From NCBI GenBank assembly GCA_051294905.1, contig CM119383.1:2232001-2296000 (forward strand): a stretch of 64,000 nucleotides of DNA, written 5' to 3'. Made by a program: the position numbers and the translations under genes. This document shows, in pieces, positions 37,003 through 49,560 of this stretch; the first letter of the stretch is position 1, and every line of letters begins with the position of its first letter. The notes under the pieces were generated by a model. The model searched no databases. It worked only from the letters and a program-made list of their open reading frames with translations, and had not been told where the DNA came from. The stretch is from Botryllus schlosseri (Eukaryota).

Positions 37003-39353
37003 GTCGTGAGTTGTCATCATAAGCGTAGGCAGTGGGAAAAGGCGAATCCGTAGTCCCTTCCCCTTCCCATTTTAGACTGTACGTATACTGCACATTGTGA
37101 CGCCATACATGTCACTAAGTCTCATTAACAGAGTAAACTGAAAAGCTTGATGTTGGTCTCAATCGAGTTAGCAGGCTTGGCCTACTCGAGGAGCCTAGAT
37201 TGATCCAGCCAAAATATAACGTACTATCGTTTGAACTAAGCGGCGACCTGACTATACGTTTTGCGGCACAGCAATTATGGTTGGGCAAACTGTTGCAGTT
37301 GTCAGATGCGACTTCGCGAAATAAATATAATTATTTTGCGTGGCAAAATGACTGGATTCAATCACGAAGGGCCTAACCATTCTGTGGTGTCTTCTAGCAT
37401 TTCGTGCAACAATTGAACAACACTAATTGATTCCCCGCCGAGGCAATTATTATATCACGCGTTGTAATGCGATGGTCTCTCGCATCGTGAGCATCGCGAT
37501 TTAGTTGAGGTTAACGCGCCTACTACATACGCAGATATGTTTACCGCGTTAACACGCCTACTACATATCCAGATATGTTTACCGCGAATGTAGCACTCTG
37601 TATAGTTCAGTATATCATCGACTCGCGTAAGTCAAGGTTACTGTTAATAAGCTCCCGTCTTATTCGAGTTACGTGGGGTCGGGAATCGGACCTCATGGAC
37701 ATCGTGTTGAGCAAGTGTTCTCAGACAAGACATTGAGTTCTGTTAGGGAGGTTATCTATAGTTAGATACAGCCGACAGAAGGGTAGTCTTTCCCTGGAAT
37801 GCTTTCTTATTAAGCCTATATCCATCGTAAAACACGATGATTGGCCGTTTTTGCAGTTAGAAACCGCTAAGGTAGTTGCCCTAACGAGGATGTAAGTTGA
37901 TATATTTCCATGCTCCCTTTGTTTTAGTCGTAATGCGGGGTCGACCCCGCGTATGTGTTCTGAGGAATGCTAGATGTTTAACTGTAAATGCGCTGGACTT
38001 TGGTTCATTATTATTAAATAACAATTCGAGTTATGACTTGCATACAACAGTTTCGCATTGGCATTTAGCGTTATAGGCTGTCAGTTGTCAATTTGTTGAA
38101 TGAAACAGCAGCCTGCTGATAACGATACTTCCACCGCAATAGCTAGAATTATCATCGTCGCAAAATGAAAGTCGCGTCCAATCCGTACGGTACAGCTGAG
38201 TAACGTATTATAGAATATTGATATCGCTGTACAATGGCGGGTGCATAATTTGATGATTGTTTAGTGAAGCCATTACAGTCGGCATGGTCATTATCGGAAA
38301 TATTGGTGCGTAATAGGAATGGTACGCAGTGTAAGCAGTTTTTATAGATACGGTAATTATAGTTTGTTGCGGTTGTTAAATCCTGAGATTAACACTAACT
38401 TTATGCGCTGCGATCAAACGGATTCCTTAATCCCGAGTTGATAAATCCTGACTAACGTGATAATCGACGTTATTGCTAATCCTGATCTGAGTTTTATTGG
38501 GTAGGTTATCTATAGCTAGACACAGCGGGCAGAAGGGTAGTCGAGGACGTTCACGTTCATACATTTAGGCGGTCCGTTTTATAAATGCCGGAACCGCCGT
38601 CGCATGCGATGCGTGGTTCCGTTAGTGTGGATCATTACTTCACTGCGTATTTTCATGCTTAAACTAACTTCATACTGCCAATAGCATATCCGCAGTTCTA
38701 GCATGTCTGCGGGATTTGTCATTCTGTTGAGATAAAATGCCTATATCTTCTACGCCAGAGGTGTCGAACTCGATCTTGGATCGTACCTTTGTTTTTTCCT
38801 GAAATGCTTTATTATCAAGCCTATGTATGCTTCGTGAGGAATACTAGATGTTTAACTTAAAATGCACTCAGTGGAATTTGGTTCATTATTATTAAATAGC
38901 AATTGGAGTTGTAACTTGCATACAACTCGGCCTACGACATCGTAGGCCCTAGTACAACGGTTTCGCATTGGCGTTTTCGCCTCTGTAAATAACTGCCTCT
39001 GGTCTGTTTTCCCAGAAAACTTTGATTTGAGTGTGCACTTTTTTGACTTCTCTGAATTTGATGTCAATGTCACCAACTTGTTCCCGGCGGTGATTAGAAC
39101 GCAAGCGCGACACTGTCGTTGGTTGGTTATAATATTGTCGCCTAGAAACGTATTCGACATTTTCTGTATTGAGGGATTATTATTTTCGTGAAAGTATTTC
39201 TCAATGAAGTCTAACTTCTGTTTGAAATATGCTGAATAATATTAGCATTTATTTCGTTGACTTAGATGTTTGGCACCCCTGATACGCGCCATTGTCACTT
39301 ACAAGCATTGCATACTAAACCCAACCGATTTCCTTCAAGATTTAGTATTTTTG

Positions 39354-40814
39354 ATGAGCGATCGGGAGATTCTTATAGGCATGCAGGCTGGCTCAAATCA
39401 CCAATGCGATATTTGTGGGAAAGACTTTTCTCGAAAGTTTTGCCTCAAGAGGCATTTGGATACGCATTTGAGCCTGGAGCGTCATGAATGCGATATTTGT
39501 GGTAAAGAATTCTTGCACGAAGTTTCCTTCAAACGTCATATGAATGTGCATATGGGCCTCGAGAACGATTGCGATATTTGCGGGAAAAATTTCACTTACA
39601 AGAGTCTCCTCGAACGCCATGGGTATATCCATACTCGCCCGAACCAGTTTGCATGCAAAATTTGTGGGAAAAAATTTGCTGACAAGAGTAATCTCAAACG
39701 CCATATCGATATCCATACTCACCAGAACCAGTTTGCATGCAAAATTTGTGGGAAAAAATTTACTGGCAAGAGTGATCTCAAACGCCATATGGATATCCAT
39801 ACTCGCCCGAACCAGTTTGCATGCAAAATCTGTTGGAAAAAATTTACTTACAAGAGCAATCTCAAACGCCATATCGATATCCATACTCACCAGAACCAGT
39901 TTGCATGCAAAATTTGTTGGAAAAAATTTGCTGACAAGAGTAATCTCAAACGCCATATCGATATCCATACTCACCAGAACCAGTTTGTATGCAAAATTTG
40001 TGGGAAAAAATTTACTGGCAAGAGTGATCTCAAACGCCATATGGATATCCATACTCGCCCGAACCAGTTTGCATGCAAAATCTGTTGGAAAAAATTTACT
40101 TACAAGAGCAATCTCAAACGCCATATCGATATCCATACTCACCAGAACCAGTTTGCATGCAAAATTTGTGGGAAAAAATTTTCTGACAAGAGTTATGTCA
40201 AAAGGCATATGGCTATCCATACTTATTCAAACCAGTTTGCAGCATGCAGAATTTGTGGGAAAGAATTCACTCGCAAGGGTGTCCTTGTAACTCACATGAA
40301 AATTCATCTCGGCATCAAGAATATTCAATGCGATATCTGTGGGAAAGAGCTGACTCACCAGGACCATCTCAAGACTCATTTGAAAATGCATTTCGGCATC
40401 AAGAATTATCAATGCGATATTTGTGGAAAAGAATTCACTCTAAAGGGTAACCTAAATCGTCATATAAAAAATCATATCGGCATCAAGGATAATCAATGTG
40501 ATGTTTGTGGAAAAGAGGTCACTCGCCAGGTCGATCTCGAGACTCATTTGAAAATGCATTTCGGCATCAAGGATAATCAATGTGATATTTGTGGAAAAGA
40601 ATTCACTTACAAGGGTGACCTAACTTGTCATATAAAAAGGCATTTCGGTATCAAGGATAATCAATGTGATATTTGTGGAAAAGAATTCACTTGCAAGGGT
40701 GACCTATCTTCTCATATGAAAATGCATTTCGGTTTCAAGGATAATCTATGTGATATCTGTGGGAAAAAGTTCGCTCGCAAATCTGACCATAAGCGCCACA
40801 TCCATACCCATTAA
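39354..40814 (+). CDS. Tandem C2H2 zinc-finger protein, paralog 2 (17 fingers, intact)
   Basis: Uninterrupted ORF with 17 CxxC-x12-H-x3-H units; linkers THxNQFA and (F/I/L)GIKDNQ; probable ATG at 39354. Confidence 0.92.
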   Translation: MSDREILIGMQAGSNHQCDICGKDFSRKFCLKRHLDTHLSLERHECDICGKEFLHEVSFKRHMNVHMGLENDCDICGKNFTYKSLLERHGYIHTRPNQFACKICGKKFADKSNLKRHIDIHTHQNQFACKICGKKFTGKSDLKRHMDIHTRPNQFACKICWKKFTYKSNLKRHIDIHTHQNQFACKICWKKFADKSNLKRHIDIHTHQNQFVCKICGKKFTGKSDLKRHMDIHTRPNQFACKICWKKFTYKSNLKRHIDIHTHQNQFACKICGKKFSDKSYVKRHMAIHTYSNQFAACRICGKEFTRKGVLVTHMKIHLGIKNIQCDICGKELTHQDHLKTHLKMHFGIKNYQCDICGKEFTLKGNLNRHIKNHIGIKDNQCDVCGKEVTRQVDLETHLKMHFGIKDNQCDICGKEFTYKGDLTCHIKRHFGIKDNQCDICGKEFTCKGDLSSHMKMHFGFKDNLCDICGKKFARKSDHKRHIHTH

Positions 40815-42553
40815 GGTCTAAAATATGTTGAGTGTGATATATGACAGAAGGCATTTCGTCAAATAAATTACCTAAACAATCACGACGTCATTTCCTGTTC
40901 GAAAGTACTCCCTCGAACGTCACGTGGACATTGCCTGTCAAAAAAATTAGAATTACGGTTCCGCAGACTAACGCGAAGGCTGAAATTGATACTCATATTC
41001 GTGTGGAGCACTGTTCATTTAAATGTGTGTTTAAAGACTATTCGTACAGTTAATGTCTAGTTTCTGTGCAAGAGATCTCGCCGAACTTCGAGGGGATTAT
41101 CGTATGGATGGCCACACGATGTGCAGTAGATTTCAATGAGATTGGGATGTCAATATTCATTTCTTGTATTTAACATCTGGTTCGCAATGTACTGTATGTT
41201 ACTTAGACCCAAATTTTTGTCTTCGTACTGTCGGGCGTGATACTATATAACCTGGAAAATAACGAGATTCATTCAGCAATGTATCGATCACCATATCGAG
41301 CCGGTTTGGCGCGATGATTAGTTATTTATTTCAACGTAAAGTCATCCTTGTGAACCCATGTACTATAGCTATTGTATGGGCGACAAATCAGACAGTATCA
41401 TCTTTCTTCCCAGTTTCGTTTGTGTGAGTAACGCGCCAATGAACGAAGATCATGTACATTATGGTCCACTTCGTCGTCCATACCTTTACCTCCACTGATT
41501 TTCCACCTTTCAAACGAGATGTAAGCTGTTCCGTGTTCAGAACTTCATACCAACAGGCGTCTGATTCGGGTTAGGTTAATCACTAGTGTTGTAAACTGGG
41601 GTGTTACGCTGGAAACAGCGGTGGCTATGAGGTCAAGGTGACACACCTTCGACTAATTTGGCTTGATAGAACGTAGGACGTAGGTCTATACTATTCCTTT
41701 ACAATATGATGTACATTGTACATATTTCTAACATCGTCAAAATCAGTATGTTGTATTTCATGCCAACGTAGGAATACAATGAATCAAGGTAGCGTTCGAA
41801 CTCGTGTACTGAACAGAAGGAGGGCAGACAGGGACAGATTTATTCAGTGTTGAGTGCCGACAAAATTATTTGCTTTTAGTCATAAACCAACCTTATATGT
41901 AAATCCGCATTAGTTCGTATAGCTTATTGTTCCCGACAAAGACATCGCAAGGATATACCATCGTCGCAACGTTAAGCGCACATTAATGCCGTAGAAAAGC
42001 AGTACCGTAATTGCAGAAGCCTCGTAAAATCAGTGTTCGACATTTCAACCCGACTCATTTTTGTTCGAAATATAGGATTGTTAAATTCGATCTTTAAGCA
42101 CACGTAGTGAATGATCATAATGATTATAATAACAACAACAAGGTGAGTCCGTTGAGCCAGAAACAAAGCAATTCGATTGCCGACTCGTCGATAAATTCTG
42201 TGTCGTTGTAGGCTTGAGCAGGGACCAAAAAATAATGATTTAAATTGATTTGGATTTCATATGAAGCTTCTCTCACCCACAAATGCACGAGTACTACAGT
42301 GATCACTGATCAGTCACATTTCGATAAATCATGAGACTCACCGCGACATTTCGATTTCTTGCAGTCTTCCCGGAATACAATTCCAGGACTCGTGCTCCCT
42401 TTTGCAGAAAAATGTTAAGCATACAATTCCAACAAAATCATAGGTGCAGTGCTTATTCTTGAATATTCAACACATGCGCACCAAATTTAATCATGCACCA
42501 GATATAATCGTATCTATTGGCTGCGGACTACACCTGGTGGGCATACTCTACTC

Positions 42554-43795
42554 CAGGGGTCCTTGCATAACGGGCCGCATCTTAACAGCAAAAACGGCTG
42601 CGGGCCGCAGAACATTATTACCGTATATTCGTGGATTACTATTATATTTAGGCTAATATAGCCTATTTACCAGTCTTATATGTGCATTTAGTACATTCTA
42701 CAGCATTTATGGACAGCGTTCGTAAGCTTTCAGTTGCTGTTTCTAGTGAGATTATGTGATCTTCCGACGGAACAAGAAAATCCCTTCATGAAGCGTGCAT
42801 TGCATTCGTTGCCAAGTCGGTATGTGCAGTGTGCACGTTCAAACCCTTGCATCAGAGAACTGAACTCTCTGTTTCAATGCGTGAGCGAGCAAGTATAAAA
42901 TTAAGGTAACTTTTTCGTTACAGAGGCCATTGTCACTTTGAGCTCTCAGTGATATGAGAAGACGTCTCATGATCGGGGTAATTTCTAAGCAAGCCAATCA
43001 ACCCTTCTCCTTTCCTTCCATGGCTGATGCCCTGCACCAATAGTTACAGAAGTCAGCTTTGTCAAGTTGATGTTGTTTGCTAGTCCCCTCTCCCCACGTT
43101 TGCCCGGCCTGCATTATGTCTACAAATATATCCACTCTGATAGAATACTTCAATACATTTAGCGTTGCAATGTCCGTGGATTTTGTCCAATGCTATAGGT
43201 TAAAGTAGTCGACGCGGCAACGTGTTTCAAAACATGCGGCAAAAGATCAACTGACATTGCTGTTACTCTTCTTGTCACGGTTGAATCAGACAACTGCAGC
43301 TTCGAAATTTCTTAGGTGAAGTTGTCCTTGCAGCTAAATTCTGGAAACTGCGGAGATTCGCACAGTATAGTAACGTTTTGTTGAAAACACACCTTTTCAA
43401 GCAGATTTCATGGGTTTAGCGATATACCAAGCAATTTTGAACCATGCGCCTTTAACGTCGTCGGCAATCTCAACAATGCCTCAAAATATGGATTGCTAGG
43501 CCTGAGACCTATCTAGCAACGCTTTTTTCTAAGATCAGATGATAAGTATAACTACAGATGGAACTGTCCGAAGACCTATTCAAAACAATAAGAATCTATA
43601 CTCGACCATATATCAAGAAACCAGAACACATTGAAGAATGAGAATAAATCAAATGAAACAGAGACGGTGCGATAAGAGAGCTTAAGTAGCTAAATTAATA
43701 TGTAACAATACTGTGCCGGTAGTAATTGCGATCATATTGAAAGATCTCGCGGGCCGCAGAAAAAGCGTCTGCGGGCTGCGGGTTGAGAACCCCAG
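42554..43795 (-). mobile_element. Buster-type hAT deletion derivative
   Basis: caggggt...gagaaccccag with perfect TSD ctctactc; not present at the paralogous position in block C (~61515); interior has weak, decayed transposase-like sequence. Confidence 0.85.
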
Positions 43796-44204
43796 CTCTA
43801 CTCACTCAGTGATGGACGCGTAGGAGTAGGGTGGAAAGCCTGCATGTACTTTGCACTCGCCATCTGCTTCAAAAACTGATGACTCGTACAGAAATCCGGT
43901 TATAACTGAAAAATCGAAGCTCATTGGGACGACACCGTACGCGAATCGACGACAAACTTATCACGAATCGCGATCTGATTTGAGATTTCGGTTGAAGGCT
44001 TAGTAAAGCCTTTTCAAACTGAAAATGATTTCAGTTTCAAAATATTGTTGTTGCCAAAATAAGCTATTCTCCTGTGCCCAACATCACTATGCCTCACTAG
44101 CTGTTAGCTGATGGAAAGAGCGTGCAATCGGTCTAGTCCAGTGGTTCCCAATCTTTTTGTCTTCATCCCCCACTTCAGATTTATTCCGACCCTTCATTCC
44201 CCAC

Positions 44205-46069
44205 AAGGACCGTAACAGCACTTCGTCAGCCCCATCAAAAAAGTTGATTTTGGGCCCCCACAGGGTGATAAACCTAACTTCCTGATAACTAGGGCGATTT
44301 TTTTTGAAATGTCAAAAAAAGTCAAAATTAGGTCAAAATTGTAGCGTTAGGTCAAAAAATGTCAAAATTGTTTAAAAAGTTTAAACCTGCAACCTGCATT
44401 TCGTTTGTATCGTAGATTTTGCACTGTCGGTGAACTTATTATTTGACATTTTGCAGCTTGTAGCCTACTTTATAGGCCTACCGTTGTAGACGGCCCATTG
44501 TCTGCTCATTGTGAATCATAAACATTCAAATGAAACAAATAGGCTAACGTGGTGTTTGGTCAATGTACCTCAATATCCTAACTGAAGCAAGATTGCGTGG
44601 GCATTGCATGGTTCTTATATCAAGAAGCGCATGATGAAAAATTGTGATGTAGATAGCATTTTCAAAATGAAGCAACACGGTGTGTCACCAGCAGTGTATG
44701 CACAACTTCAGTGTTGTCAGCCAAAAATGCAACAACTGCTGCTGTTGAACGTTCTTTCTCCATTCTTGGCAAGCTACTTAGTAAGGACAGACACTTTCTA
44801 CCCGAGAATGTAGGAAAGTATCTTTCGTTGTACTACAACAAATTTTAATTATTTCTACCATAATTCGTGATGTAACTACTGGAATTCTTCATAGGGCCAG
44901 ATTTCGTAGAAACACTAGTTTTTTCATGTAAAAATTTGTCAGTTTTCAAGCCAAAAAAGTGTTTTCAGGCCAAAATACTTCGTAAGGACAGACTGTTCGA
45001 ACCAGAAATGAAGATAAGTAATACAATTTTCACATTATGTGCGAAAACACCTAATTTGCATACGTGAGGTCAAAATTTGGTCAAAATTCAGATTTTTTTA
45101 GTCAAAAAAAAGTCAAAATCTTCCGTTTTTTAGGTCAAAAAAAAATCGCCCTACTGATAACCTAAACCTAAACACTTCAGCCCTGCTGAGCGGGCTGAGC
45201 CTGTACGCTTCTTTTCCGCTACTCATCAGCTACATTAGTGCGTCGCCTTATTTGGTCTAAACGCGTGAAGCGCGAAAAATTTATATTGTTCGTGTTTGAA
45301 TAGGTAAATATGATCGGGAATTACATACATTTTGTTATCAATTTTTATCCCCTCACTGCTCACGCAATAAGATTTACCGGTAGAGCTGAGTGACTTGTGT
45401 TGGAAAAGGTAGGACCCCTAAATAAGAATTAAACATTTTCAGGCGGACTCGTTGGTATATTGACTTCAATATATTATGCTATTTCGTGACCTCCTACATC
45501 TGCTATGTCAAAAGATATGGAAATCTCCCAAACTAAAAGGCCCACACATTTTCAAATTGGTATTGCTTTACTGGCAAATAATTTTTCCATGCGGGATGGC
45601 ATTTGCCCTGTGGGGTTCAGATCGCCATGACAGGAACATTCGGCGCCACCCATTTAGCCGCCTATGGACAATTAAACATATGTATGTTGTACATATATCG
45701 AAGTTTTCGGGCACCACAAGGCCATTACTTCTCGGCCAAGGTCTTCTCGCTGCCGATCGCTCTGGTACACTTCTCGGAGTTGCATGTTACATGGCCTTGG
45801 TGCGTCGTGGCGCAGTAATGGCCGACGCCGAAGTATCCATTTCTATAAAAGCTACGTATTTTCGTGGCAGAAGGGTACGCAATAATCAAGATATTCGGCA
45901 ATATTAAATCGCGCCTCCAGCACGAAAAAGTTTTGAAAAAATGAAAAATGGCATAAATTTCCAGAAAAATACCCTATAAATTATGTTAATTCGGAAATTA
46001 TTTTGGGCCCCTTCGAGCTCCCCCCCCCCCCCCAATTGGAGGGTTTGGGGTGCGGCAGTTACGGTCCTG
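44205..46069 (+). mobile_element. hAT MITE family A copy containing a nested family B element
   Basis: Perfect TSD ttccccac. Confidence 0.9.
44290..45153. mobile_element. hAT MITE family B
   Basis: TIR tagggcgattttttt/aaaaaaatcgcccta and perfect TSD ctgataac; partial copies at ~48700-48975 and ~51230-51530. Confidence 0.92.
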
Positions 46070-46654
46070 TTCCCCACTTCCCAACACTTTATTCATCACA
46101 GAGCAGCTATTTGCTGGTTGACTATACACAAGACACCAAACCACACCAGTACGCAAGACAATCGCCTATAACTGCAACATAAGACGTATTGTGAACCGAT
46201 ACAAGCAACGGTCAAAATTTCGCGAAAGCGTTATTTCACGTCAAACTAGTCGTGCCGGATGCGTTTGTGACGCCATGATTCGCCAGTCAGAGTTAAAAAT
46301 GAGGTTTTGTGAACAACACGAATATAATTCTCGATACATACATTCCAGAGCAGTTAACTGGTAACGGTAATTGCGCATGTGTCTCCGTGAATATGTAGAC
46401 TGTCCCGTATATAGTTTTGAACAAATACGTCTATTCCCCACCAGAAACCATTGAATTCCCCACCGTTTGGGAACCACTGAACTGGAATTATCTATCGTTA
46501 TCCAACGCCATTCTCGTGCTTACAATGTACATCACATGAAAGATAATTTGGTATTTTCGACCAGACCTATTTCTTTGCACTTTGTGAGATTGGTGTGGGT
46601 CTCCTGCCCTTACTCTTTGGCAATATGGTGCAGTGGGCAACTAATGTATAATAT

Positions 46655-46930
46655 AGTGGCGAGATAGCGCAGTAGTATATATCGCGGCTGCAACACCAAT
46701 GGGTTGCGGGTTCGAGTCCGACCGAGGTAGACTTCAGAATTCCTATACCAAGTGTTGGCGGTTTATCTAGGCTCGTCATCGCCACCTCGTCCGCGTCAGC
46801 GGTGTCTTACAAACAGTCTAGAAGTGGGCCGTGCTATAAGTCGCCAGTTACGGAATAACAATGAAGAATAAATGACCATAGTAGTCGACAGACATCACGA
46901 ATACCATAAAAACAAAAAGTAACTATGCTA
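46655..46930 (+). mobile_element. tRNA-derived SINE
   Basis: A box tagcgcagtag (46665-46675), B box ggttcgagtcc (46709-46719), unrelated body and A-rich tail; 3' part repeated at ~53485-53590. Confidence 0.78.
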
Positions 46931-47034
46931 CCCGTAATCTCGTCTGGTAAACGATTATTTATGACCAAACACTTAATTTATACCTAGCATTGTACAACTT
47001 TTGGAATATTTCAGTCTTGATGTTGCATTTTCAG

Positions 47035-47133
47035 ATTTGCCGAAAGTAATTTGTACTGTGGGCGGCACTCACGCCGACCGCCCGAACATAATAGAAGCGT
47101 ACGACATTGAATCGAGGGAGTGGTTCGATTTCG
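47035..47133 (+). pseudogene. Kelch-repeat exon (orphan or pseudogene)
   Basis: ttttcag| ... G|gtagac; KVICTVGGTHADRPNIIEAYDIESREW has the kelch GG...Y.....W signature. Confidence 0.7.
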
Positions 47134-47268
47134 GTAGACGTGCGCGGCCAACAATGTTAGTTCGGTTTTCTTTCATATTTATTCGTGTCATGTTGCTTAT
47201 TTTGTGACTTGAGTCCTAGTCCAAGTAATTGTGTTCATTGTTCAGTTTTGAGTTCAACCCGGTTTAAT

Positions 47269-47846
47269 TATAGATAACTAACCTACGGACAGATACGCAA
47301 CACCCGTCGTCACGCTTGCTTGCCCGGAGGAAATTACTGCTCAGCAATCTGAACGCAACATAATTGCTAATCCCATAGCTGACGACCCGCGCGCTTAAAT
47401 TCTATAAAGTTGATCTTATTTGAAAGCTACTGCCGCACTGATTCCGAAAATATACATTAAATTCCAATCAGGGCAATGGAACTCCCTTGAAATACACCGC
47501 AAACTCTGAAAATCGTCATTGTTCTAAACAATCGCAGCGACGCAGCACGATGACCATAACAATGGCCCTTGCATGGTTGCGATTGTTCAGAACGATGTCG
47601 ATTTTCAGACTTTGAGGCTTATTTCAAAGGGGTTCTATTGCCCTGATTGGATTTTAATGTATATTTTCGGAATCAGTGCGACAGTAGCTTTCAAATAAGA
47701 TCAACTTTATTGAATTCAAGCTAGTGGGTCGTCAGCTATGGGATAAGCAATTATGTCGAGTTCAGATTGCTGAGCAGTGATTACCTCCGGGCAAGCAAGC
47801 GTGACGACGGGTGTTGCGTATCTATCCGTAGGTTAGTTTATCTATA
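47269..47846. mobile_element. Foldback MITE (TATAGATAA termini, ~270-bp inverted arms)
   Basis: Arms 47269-~47538 and ~47576-47846 are reverse complements; 7-bp flanking direct repeat gtttaat. Confidence 0.88.
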
Positions 47847-48979
47847 GTTTAATCGACTTGTTTTCAATAGGGATGGTGTGAACCTCTGAAAGGCTCAGGT
47901 TCGTTTGAACGTGAACCTTTTTGAAAGGTTCTGTGTGAACGCGAACGTGAACCTCATGACGTCACATGACGTCATATTGTTAATTACAACCCTTCATTTC
48001 AGTGAAGTGACAGCCTGTATTAATGTACACGACACGTAGCGACGACTCGGGCCACATAGGGCCGCAATGCTGAAGTACATATTGACGATTTAAACGTTGC
48101 CAAATGTACCAACTGGTGAAATCAAATGATATAATAATCCCATAAAATCAATATCTTCAGTCGCTTTGCCAACAATTCCGATGGGACTTGTAAGGGAATG
48201 TAAGTAAGCTTACGCAGTGACGCAGCGGTGACGCAGCGGTGAGGTTCATGGCTGGTGAGGCACGGACCCCCCACACATACTCACACACACACACACACAC
48301 ACACACATACAAACACGCACTCACGTATAAAGTACCTGATAAAGAGACCCAAAATGTGAATAACAACAGTAGCGGGTATAGAGAGCACTTTCTTTGCACA
48401 GTGATAGCCGGTGCAATTTCACATTCTACAATACATGTAGGACTGGTCGCTATTGTGCTAAATGGGCAAGTTTAGACGGATAATAATTACTATCTCTTCG
48501 AGTACCGGTATAAATTATTCGAGGCACATGAAAATAGCATCCTCATTTACACATATTTTTTCATAAAAAAACACTAGATTTGCGAAATTTCGAAAGAAAA
48601 TGCACTAGGACACTTGGCGAAGTCAAAATACGCTAGATCTGGCCCCATCCGATCTTGCACCTCACCCTATTTGATTGTTTGGGGTGCGTCTCTTATTAAT
48701 AGGGCGATTTTTTTACCTAAAAAAGGGAAATTTTGACATGAAAAATTTTGACAATTTTCAGCCTTAAAACACTTAATTTTGACCTCGTGTATGTAGATTA
48801 GGTGTTTCCCCACATAATCTTAGAATTGTACAACTTATCTTCATATCTGGTTGGAACTGACTGTCCTTAAGAAGTAGTTTGGCCTGAAAAAATCTATTTG
48901 ACTTGAAAACAGACAGATTTTTACATGAAAAAACTTTATTTTAACGAAATCTGGACCTATGAAGAAATACAGTAGTTTT

Positions 48980-49490
48980 AACATAACATAACATAACATA
49001 ACATGGTTGGGTTATATTTTTATCTGAACAAGTCACACACAATGTACAATGCGATAAGATACAATGCGATTTCATGAACAGATAGGAGGATGTAGAACGA
49101 CACGCATCAGTAGCGATCCTTTACTCTAACATCCACCTCGGCCTAGAGTGCCCGATGTTACAGTTCTTTTTCGATGTTGATCTCTTTGAAGCCGCGGCCC
49201 TTTCTACTAGTTCTTTTCCATTCATTGTGAGTGCTTTCTTTCCTCGGGTCTTTTTCTGCGGTATTGGGAAAGAGGAAGTGATTGGAGTTAGTCTTTTGTA
49301 TGGAGTTGGATGGAGTTGGTCTTGGAGTATCTTTGTGTGGAGTTGTTACTGTGTTAAGTCTTGGATTGGATTGGAAGTATTGATGTGTTTATTGTGTCTG
49401 CCTTCGTTGAATATCCGTCGAATCTGCAATGTGTCTCTGGATCCAGTCGAACCTGAAGTAACTATAGCCGCATTCAGTTAGATAGCGAGG
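48980..49490 (-). mobile_element. LINE (CR1/L2-like) 3' end with microsatellite tail
   Basis: On the minus strand, a decayed coding-like stretch ends in an A-rich segment followed by (TGTTA)4; its 3' UTR motif is shared with other dispersed copies. Confidence 0.5.
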
Positions 49491-49560
49491 ACTACGACCG
49501 AACGGCTATCGCGCATTATGGGAGAAATAATTGAAACTTGTTGTTGTTGTTTTTGTAGTA

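Larger units (their letters stand above)
34708..43885 (+). repeat. Segmental duplication block B
   Basis: Colinear with blocks A and C; nearly identical to C downstream of the ZF ORF. Confidence 0.85.

Noticed and set aside
39393-40220. Long antisense and alternative-frame ORFs over the ZF genes (also 26168-26701, 57467-58114, 39544-40290)
   Set aside because: Shadow ORFs produced by the stop-poor 84-bp periodicity of the ZF coding repeat; no independent signals.
39627-40220. Regular repeats resembling a CRISPR array
   Set aside because: These are contiguous 84-bp coding units with no unique spacers, in eukaryotic DNA, with no cas genes.
46655-46735. Possible tRNA gene
   Set aside because: A and B boxes are present, but I could not form a cloverleaf, it continues into a repeated non-tRNA body, and degenerate copies exist, so it is a SINE.
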